Virus record (IMG/VR): IMGVR_UViG_3300045988_098886
From: a virus
DNA: 64,000 nt
Reading direction: 5' to 3' (one strand)
Numbering within the stretch: position 1 is the stretch's first letter; each line of letters opens with the position of its first letter. Positions 32,855-42,300 of the stretch are shown here, one piece after another. Made by a program: the position numbers and the translations under genes. The notes under the pieces are model-generated. The model was given only the letters and a program-made list of their open reading frames with translations, was not told where the DNA came from and searched no databases.

Positions 32855-35800
32855 ATGGCAGTAGAGTTAATTAGCGAAATAGTTCAAAAAGGTGGTCAGG
32901 ATTTCGCTCTAGTTGATGCCAATAACATTCGTGGAGGTTTTTACCAAGTAACAGAAATGAGCGAAAGAGATGCAATACCAGACAAAAGAAAAAAGAATGG
33001 TATGCTTTGTTTCGTACTCAAAGACCCTGATAAAGTCTTTACTTACCAATGGCTTAATGGTTATTGGATTAAAGCACAATTAGGCGGCGGAGGTGGTGGA
33101 GACGGAGACACTAGAGTTGAAATAGTATCAACGCCAGAAGAGCTAGCAAATAGAGTAGACTTAGAAAGAGCTGGACAAATCGTATATGTAGAAAGTACAG
33201 ACGAAGTTGCTTTTTGGTCTAATAAAAATAAATGGAGCTCTTTTGACCATATTAGAATACAAGATACAGAACCAGTTGACGATGATGCAGTATGGATTGA
33301 TACAAGTCAAAAATCACTTCCTCAATATACCAATTCAGATTTGGCTACTATATTAGAGGCAGTAGAAGCATTAAGAAAGCTGGTAAATAAGCATGAATAT
33401 GCTTTTACGCATGAGATGTCTAGTGGAGACTTTGAAAACAGTGCAAGATTAGATATGATGAAAGCTGCTTCTCCTCTGGAGCCAGGAACGGAAACAGAAT
33501 CAACAGCAGAAGAATATCCAGAATACACTGAATATGAAACTCCAAATTTAAAACACTTAGCTATTAAAGCAGGAACTTACTCAAGCCTGCTTGAGAACAC
33601 AAGAAACTTTGTAAATAACGAATTACTATGGTGTACAGACACTAAACAATTATATATTATGAGTAATGGTAGTTTAAATTGGATTAATAAAAGCGGAAGT
33701 GGAGGTGGTGGAACCGAGTGGGACCCATCTGTTCTCGACGAACTGGATACCATTGGATTTGTTACCCCTAGTGGTCAAACATACAGGGTTAAGATAGAGA
33801 ATGATGGAAAGATGGTTATCTATAAAAAGGAAATGGATACACCACAAACTAAGCCAACTGGAGGTCAAGAAGACCCTTCTGGATGGGTTTATGTTACATC
33901 ACTATTTTTACAGAAGCTATACATAAATTCCATATATTGTGGAGGATTAACATCTAATGAACATAGTTATAACTATTGTTCACATCACTTTGTTGAACTC
34001 TCAAATCTAACTAATGAAGATATTAACTTGAATGGTCTTTCTTTGCAATATGCGACTGAAGGAACTCAATGGCAAGTACTTCCGTTATGGGGAACAATTA
34101 AAGCACAATCTACATTCTTAATTAGAGGTGCTCAATGTTCAGTAATGGATGCAAATACTACTAAGATTAAAGTAAAAACATACGATATGGAATGGAGAGA
34201 TTCAAGCGGAAACTTAATGAAGTTTGATAACAACAAATCCAAATTCTTTCTCACTTGGGGAACTACTCCTTCAACAGTAAGAAACCCATATTCAAATGCT
34301 GACGGAAACTACAGAGTATCATTGGGATATATTGACTTAGTTGGATTCAACAAGGAAAATGCAGAATCCTCTGATACAATTGATGCGAGTGAAAACAAAC
34401 CATATACATATTTAAGTACTGATAAACTCTTTACTAAATATTATGCAATGGACCCAGTAAGTCAGGCTACTAAAGCATTAGATAAAAGAAATAATGCTAA
34501 TGACTGGTATTTTGTTGACCTCACTAAAGAGTTAGTTCCAAGTGTTGAAGCTTTTACTCCAAGAGCTTCATTTGAAAATAAAACAATATTCTATAATAAA
34601 TCTAAACTAGTAAGTTTAAAGCCTAATTTAATATCTTGTACCTTTGGTAGACAAGCAACTGCTCCAAATGCCACAAGATGCTTTAACTGGGTATCAGTAG
34701 GATATTTTGACGAGTATCTATGGCATAGACCAAAAGGAAGTAGTGGCGAAGGCCCTTGGACTAAAGTAGAATCATTTAAAAACGAAACAGGTGTTAGAAA
34801 ATACTATAATCGTATTAGAATGGAAGCTACCGATGGAACTCCGTTTACTACTCATAAAGTTATTCTTAAGAACTTATCAGTAGGAACTTATGAGTATAGA
34901 GTAGGTAGAGCTGATGCAAATGGCAATCCAAGTGAATTTGCTAGTGATTCTTTAACATTTACAGTAAGAGGTACTGATGATATAAAAGACGATTTTACAT
35001 TTGTTCAAGTAAGTGACCAACAAGGTTTTAACTGGGATGAATATAATGTTTGGAGAATATCAGCAGAGTATATAAAAAATCATGTTCCAGAAGCGCAGTT
35101 CACTATTAATACTGGTGATATGACACAAAATGGAAATAGAATCAATGAATGGATTGACTATTATAATGCTCGTAAATCCCTATGGGGAGTTGAAGAAATG
35201 GTGACTGTTGGTAATAATGACTTATGTCCTGCCAACATGTATGTATTAGGAAATGGCGGAGACAGTTCTAAGATTAATCCCTCTAATATGTCGTTCTTCT
35301 ACACATTTGAGATGGATGAAACTAATCCTCCTGTATTTACTATTGAAGGAAAAGAAGTGTTCATTGATTCTCTTTACTCATTTAATTATGGTAACGTACA
35401 TTTCATGTGTGTAAACTCTGAAATTACTGACATGACAGAAACTAATATTTATGGATTAAGCACTGGAAAGATAACTTATCCATATATAAAACAATGGTGT
35501 CAAAAAGATATTGATGCTAATGCTTCTGCTGCTTGGAACATCGCTTACTGTCATGAAATGCCCTTTACTATTATTACTCAAAATGTTATCCAACAATTCT
35601 ATTGGAATGACACGGAAAATGATAAAGTAGAAAGAAGTGGTAGTCATTTAAATTATAATGTACCTAATTCTGACAAATACTGGTTTAGTAAATTCTGTCA
35701 AGAAAACAATATAAGACTTGTCCTTGGAGGACATAAACATACATATAGTGTTAGTTGGCCGCTTAAAGAGAATTTCTCACAAGACGGAACTCCTATAAGT

Positions 35801-36325
35801 ATGAAGCCAATTATTCAAGTAACTCAATCTGATTTAACTACTTACTTTAATAGTGATAGTTTATATGAAGAAACAGAAGGAGACTTGGCTGGACAAAAAT
35901 TCCCCTCTGCTTGGAAAACTGATAATAACTTTAAACAGCATAAACACTTATGTACATTTGAGTTAGTTGATAATATTACTGCTCCTGTATATGCGATGTG
36001 TCAAGCTACTGGTTATAAACATACATCCAATAAGGAATTACCCGCACCAAATATACCTTGGTTAAGACGCTATTTCCCTGCTACTGTTAAAGTTGTAGAC
36101 CAAACCAATATCACTGCAACAGTTAACGCTGGACAGAGATATCCATTCTATATTATATGGAATGTGACTCCAACTCAAATAACAGGTACAGTGAAGAAAA
36201 TTAATTATGTATTTACCTCTGCTGGTAAATTCAATATTAATATTCAAAGTAGTGTTAACCCTCCGGAAGCTATTGGTGGTAATGGGGAAGAAAACAACGG
36301 AAATGATTTAATTATCATAAAATAA
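32855..36325 (+). CDS. tail protein with lamin-tail-like domain and calcineurin-type metallophosphoesterase domain
   Basis: LTD-like: YCSHHFVELSNLTNEDINLNGLSLQYA...FLIRG. Metallophosphatase motifs in order: VSDQQ, TGDMTQNGNR, VGNNDL, CHEMPF, GGHKHTYS. Poly-Gly linkers (LGGGGGGDGD, SGSGGGGTEW). Confidence 0.7.
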   Translation: MAVELISEIVQKGGQDFALVDANNIRGGFYQVTEMSERDAIPDKRKKNGMLCFVLKDPDKVFTYQWLNGYWIKAQLGGGGGGDGDTRVEIVSTPEELANRVDLERAGQIVYVESTDEVAFWSNKNKWSSFDHIRIQDTEPVDDDAVWIDTSQKSLPQYTNSDLATILEAVEALRKLVNKHEYAFTHEMSSGDFENSARLDMMKAASPLEPGTETESTAEEYPEYTEYETPNLKHLAIKAGTYSSLLENTRNFVNNELLWCTDTKQLYIMSNGSLNWINKSGSGGGGTEWDPSVLDELDTIGFVTPSGQTYRVKIENDGKMVIYKKEMDTPQTKPTGGQEDPSGWVYVTSLFLQKLYINSIYCGGLTSNEHSYNYCSHHFVELSNLTNEDINLNGLSLQYATEGTQWQVLPLWGTIKAQSTFLIRGAQCSVMDANTTKIKVKTYDMEWRDSSGNLMKFDNNKSKFFLTWGTTPSTVRNPYSNADGNYRVSLGYIDLVGFNKENAESSDTIDASENKPYTYLSTDKLFTKYYAMDPVSQATKALDKRNNANDWYFVDLTKELVPSVEAFTPRASFENKTIFYNKSKLVSLKPNLISCTFGRQATAPNATRCFNWVSVGYFDEYLWHRPKGSSGEGPWTKVESFKNETGVRKYYNRIRMEATDGTPFTTHKVILKNLSVGTYEYRVGRADANGNPSEFASDSLTFTVRGTDDIKDDFTFVQVSDQQGFNWDEYNVWRISAEYIKNHVPEAQFTINTGDMTQNGNRINEWIDYYNARKSLWGVEEMVTVGNNDLCPANMYVLGNGGDSSKINPSNMSFFYTFEMDETNPPVFTIEGKEVFIDSLYSFNYGNVHFMCVNSEITDMTETNIYGLSTGKITYPYIKQWCQKDIDANASAAWNIAYCHEMPFTIITQNVIQQFYWNDTENDKVERSGSHLNYNVPNSDKYWFSKFCQENNIRLVLGGHKHTYSVSWPLKENFSQDGTPISMKPIIQVTQSDLTTYFNSDSLYEETEGDLAGQKFPSAWKTDNNFKQHKHLCTFELVDNITAPVYAMCQATGYKHTSNKELPAPNIPWLRRYFPATVKVVDQTNITATVNAGQRYPFYIIWNVTPTQITGTVKKINYVFTSAGKFNINIQSSVNPPEAIGGNGEENNGNDLIIIK

Positions 36326-39300
36326 TGTCAGGTAAAAGTGTAAGTATAAAAAACAAAACTACTAATGAATGGGAAATCGTCGCAGGTAGCGACGCTTCCC
36401 AAATTAGTACTTCTAATCCTGACGTGCTAGTAAGTGGAGAAGTAAATATCTCTGTTGACCAAGCACTCAGTAGAACTACTAAAAAGATAGAAACACTTCA
36501 ACGCAATGTTTCGTGGTTAGCGGAACATGGTGGAGGTGGCGGTGGTGGAGGAGATTTTACATCTTCTATTAAGTTAACTAACGGTGGTATTACAACATCA
36601 GAAGGAGTTAATATTCTATATTCTACCACTAAAGAAGTTAAATTAGATTACTTAATCACAGCATTAAAGAATAATCAGAAATTTACAATAACTGTTTCCC
36701 TTGACGGAAACAATGTTATTTCAGGACAAGAAGGATGGTCTGGAACCCCGGGAAGTTTAATTATTAAAAACATATCCCAATATTCGTCATCAAACAGTCA
36801 CTCTATTGTAGTTACTGCTACTGATGCAGAAGGAATTAATGCTACTCCTTATATGCTTACTGTAATTGAATCATCTATTAATTTATCAAGTAGTGTTTCT
36901 TCAGTTACTGCAACAATTGGATTAGCATATAAAATAACATATACAGTTACTAATAAAGTACTGGCAGCAGACACATCTCTTATTGTTAATAATGTTACCA
37001 ATGGTGTTTCTAAAACATTCGAACTTGGTAAGTTTACATCTACTGAGCCTTTGTTATATGATGTTGATTTCTTCAGTTTATTTACTGGAACACCAACGGC
37101 AGGTTCTTCTTACACTATTGAAGCATTTGCACAAACATCTATTGACGGAAAGACTATTACTTCTGATAAAGTAACTAACAAGGTTGTAGTAGAAGACGGT
37201 ACTTCTCTTGTAGTACTTGTTGATGGTATTACAACTAAAGATGAAGTAGAAGCTGGAACAGCTCCGACAGAGTTCCCTCAAGGTGGTAATATCTCATTTT
37301 CATTTACTCCTTATCTATCAGGAATCAGTATTATTTACTATGCTGTAAGAATGAAGAGAGGAAACATCATAAGAGATATTGGGACATTTGAACCTGATGC
37401 AGAAAATCCTTTTAACGAGAACCAGTACGTACAAAGAGGTAAGCAACAAATCTTTAGCTGGGCAGTAGCACAGAATGATGATTACTTAGGTGAGTGGGAA
37501 ATTACTCTAAGATGTTGGTCAGAAAAAGGTTCTCCTATGACTGATACTGAATTAAGATGTATTGTAGTAAAATCTGCGCAATCTTTAATTGCTGACCAAA
37601 ACCCTAGAAATACTAGATATGCAAGTTGGAATATTAAAAACGAATTCCCGACTGCTCCCACAGCAACTTCTTGGATATCAGAAGAATTAAACTATATTTC
37701 TCCTGGAACAACTAGCCCAGTAGTTGTAAAAACTCCTTTAAATGTGTATAATACTAATGGAGAACTATCTGGATTCTTATCTAGTAATGGGCAAACAAAA
37801 TTAAGACTTAGTGGTGAATCTTACGGTATAGTGGATTTACAGCCATTTAAGGATGATATAAGTGATAACAATAACTGGTCTAGACTTGGATTTACATTCT
37901 CTGTAACCCTGAAAACTGACCTACACCCGTTCTCTGATAGAACTGTATTCTTTATTGGAAATTATAGTTCGGATGGAACATTCTCTGAAGGTATTAAAGT
38001 TGGGCTAGAAGACATTATATGGTCTTATACTGACGGAAATATCAAAGAAACAATCTCTTGTAAGTTACAACAAAACGTTATAAATACTCTAGATTTTATT
38101 GTTGATAAAAATAATAATGAAGTAAAAGTCTTTGTTAACGGAGTCCTAAATGCTGCAAGAGAAATCAAATCTGACTTTACTTGGAAAACTACAAGTAAGT
38201 TCTATTTGGCTTGTGATGCTGATGCCAATGGAAACATAGGTAATTATGCTGATGTTGAGCTTTATGATATGAGATTCTTTAGAAGTGCTCTTAATGATAA
38301 ACAAATTGTAATTAATGCTTTAAATGCGAGAGCTAATTCTTCTTTAATGTCTGATGGTACAGTAGATTTCTCTCTGTACAATTCTTGGAAAGCAAAGAAC
38401 TTCTTTAGTACATCTGAATCAACAGCATCTTCAACTCTATGGGACGACCAGAATAATACATATGCAAACATCAACTTCGATGCTTTAATTAGTGACTCTA
38501 ACAAGAAACCGCCCCTTCCAGTAGTTTATATTGACTGCGGTGGTTCTGGATTTACTAAGGCAGTGTATGAAGCTGTAGGTGCAAACCCTACAGAATATAC
38601 TGGTTGTACATTTAACTACTTCGACCCTAATTCTACTAAGAGTTCAGCAGTATCTACTGGAGAATTATCAGTACAGATTCAGGGTACATCATCTACTGGT
38701 TATAGAAGTAAGAACTTAGAAATAATGTTCAGAAAAGAACTATATGATGATATGGGTGGTTTAATTGGTCCAGAGTTATTCCAGCCAAATAATACATGGA
38801 TGCCTGAAAGTCAATTCACATTGAAGGCTGACGTAGTTGACTCTGCTCATGCTAACAATGCTTCTATTGGTAAATGGATTAATGATAATTCAGACTTATT
38901 GTTTGATAAAACCCCGCCAATGGAACAACTTGAATCAAGACGTCCTGTTGATACTAGAGATAAAACAGTTACACATCAAAATGTAACAATTAAACATACT
39001 CTTGAAGGATTCCCTTGTATCTTACTTATTAAGTTTGATGGAACTGATACTCAAGAAATGTTAGGTATTTACTCCTTTAACTTAGGACGTAATGCTTACT
39101 TTAACATGGGATTCAAGTTCTTCAAATCATTCTCAAGAAGAATTAAAGATTCGTCTGGAGCCTATCAAGAAAACCCAGTTCCTGCTTTCATTACTACTTA
39201 TGAAACATATAAGGATAATGAGAACTTTGGAACTATTGACCAAAGACAAATATACTCTTACGAGTTCTCTGAAAATGCCAATATTATTATTAAAGATGAT

Positions 39301-42300
39301 GGAACTAGGCAAATGACTGCCCTGTTTATGCAGGACGACTTATCAATCTTACAGCATGTTGGAGAATTTAGATATAACGGAGCTAATGGCGATAATTCAG
39401 ATGTATCTGACAATAATATCTGGCAAAGACTTCAATTACTATTTACAGACTTAGCTAGTATGACTGGTGAAGCTGTCGATAAGTATAGATGGAATGTTCA
39501 GACAAAAGGATATGAAAAAACTGGAGACCAATACGCTGCTCAACAATCTTGGTCAGCTCTTGCTGATGATTTAACCAATAGATTGAATATTAGAAATGCT
39601 TATTCATATTATGTTATATGTATAGCATTCGGACTAGTGGACTCTCTCGGTAAGAATATGACACTTCGTTCTTGGAATGTTGGAGGAAGTCTTGCTGATG
39701 AAAATATGAACAAATGGTGGCCTTGTTTCTATGACATGGATACAGCATTTGGACTATCAAATACAGGTGAAGAAAATGTACCTAAGACTGCATATCTTGA
39801 TACCTTTGCTAATGCTAATGTAGAATCTGGAGTTAACTCTTTAGTAATTACACAGAATTCAGCAGACGGAGGATATGACACATACTCTGCAAGACTATGG
39901 GATGTTCTTAGAGATACAAGATTTATTAATACTGGAGTATATTCAGGAGCAGGATATGATGCTTTGTGGGAAACTTGGCGTTCAGTAGGAACACTTCTTA
40001 AAGAAGCTAACTACTTCGTTGATAATTATTTTAGTATTCAAATGAAGAACTGTGGTGAACTTCTTTATAATTATGACTATAAAGTTAAGTATTTAACTCG
40101 ATATTCTAAAGATGAAGGTAGTGCTGCCACTTATGCTAACATCGAGTTCTTACATGGTCCTCGTGTAGAATTTGTAAGAGACTGGTTAAAGAAAAGATAT
40201 TATTTTATGGATGGTGTATTCCAATATTCAAATAGTGCACTCATCCAACCATATAATGAGAAAGGTGCTTTTAAATGTGGTGGTGCGGAAGGACAAGCTC
40301 CTGTACTAACAGTTAAAGCAAACTGTCCACTAATCTTTACAGTTAATATTGGACAGACATCTGCCGGAGACATTAGATACTTTGTAGATGAAAATAATCC
40401 TACAAAGATTACTTTATCTCCTATATCCTCTTTCAATACACAGATTACCATTAATGGTATTTCTCAAATAAGTCAACTTGACGGATTGAAGTATATGAGA
40501 TTCCAAGGATTCATGTCTACATTAAGACTTCCAAGTTTTGCGAATGTAGATATATCTGGAGTAAAAACATTATCAAGTGCTCCAATTCTATTTGAAACTG
40601 CCTTTGTTAATGACCAAGATTTCTCTGATGTAAGACATATTGACCTTAGTAATACAGCTTTCTGGTCTGGAAATAGTGGTGTAAGTACATTTACAGTGAA
40701 TATTGAAAAGTATACAAAACTTAAGGATTTGAATATCTCTGGTTCTTGCGTTACTTCTTTATCATTACCAAATGCTTCACTTGCTTCACTTAATATTACT
40801 AATTCAGATGTAGAAAAGATTACGTTACAGTTTCAACCATTCTTGAGTTCTATTGACTTTACAGGATGTAAGAAGCTGAAAACTGTAATTATAGATTCAT
40901 GTACTAAGATAGAAACACTTACTTTGACAAGTTTAAGTGACTTGGATTCTGTAACTATTACAGGATGCCCAAATCTAAAATCTGTCGTATGTACAAATAA
41001 TACTTCGTTATCAGTATTTAATATATCTAACTCTAACAATATAGAAACAATAAACCTATCTAACTGTAACAGTAGGTCTTTACAAATATATATTGTTGGT
41101 GCTGCTAAGATAAAGACTTTGAATTTATCAGGAACTACAACGCCAGAACCAATTCAGTTGGCACAAGGTCTGAATACAATTACTTCTCTAGACATTAGCA
41201 ATAGTTCAGTATCTGCTTTCCAATTTGGTAATGAGCCTATTCTTTCATATAATGGAGAACACGTTCTTGATTTAAGTCCATTTGCTTTAACTTCAGTTTC
41301 TTTAAGAAATGCAGGTTTAGTTAAATATATTAAATTCGACAATAATAAAACTAAACCATTTACTGTTGGAAGTTCCTTCTTTGTTGGATGTTCTTCACTT
41401 ATTAGAGTATTCGGACATCTTGCACTAAACGGACAAAGCATATTTAGTAACTGTAATAAGTTCTTTATACATGATATGCCTAGTACTATTCCAACTCCAA
41501 TGATTGGACCAAATGAGTGGTTTGGACCTGATACTAGTACAGAATCAGGAAAAACAGAATGGAAAAACAACACAAATTTAGATACTAACTTTACTATTGC
41601 CACAACTGCCTTAAATAGTGTATTTAATACTACTGCCTGTACTTTATATGATGTTTATTATATACTTAATAGATGTCAAAATGTGACAAGCTTAGATGGC
41701 ACTTTTGCTACTTGTAGACAAGTCATTACTACAGTTCCTAATTCTTTCAATAGAAATATGTTTAAATACTGTGGTAATGTAACTACTATAAACAGTCTAT
41801 TTTGGGATTGTGGAAGTCTAGAAGGAATATACTATAGCCCTTCACACGATGATAGTGGAAACATTACAGCATATGACGGATTACTTTCTCCTCTTGTAAA
41901 ATGTACAAATATAAATAACGCCTTTAGAACAAACGGAAGAAAGTACATGGATGAATATTTCTTTGCTCCAGTAAATGCTAACGGAGATACTTTAAAAATA
42001 TCAAGCATTAGTTGGGCTCTCTACAATGAGACATTTATTAAAAATGCAAGTGTAGCAAAACAGGAAATACTAGAATCTGATTATATATATGCTAAGGCAA
42101 GTAAGTTGTTAAAGTACCTTCCAGAATTGACTAGTATTGGTTACCTATATGGAACTACTAATTCTAAGATTGAATTTGATTTGTTAACATACGAGGAGAA
42201 TGGAGTTACAGCTTCTTACTGTCCTCTATTTTACAATAACCCCAAACTCGTTACAATACATCAATGTTTTAACTGTTATGGTAAAGGTTCTCTATTAAAT

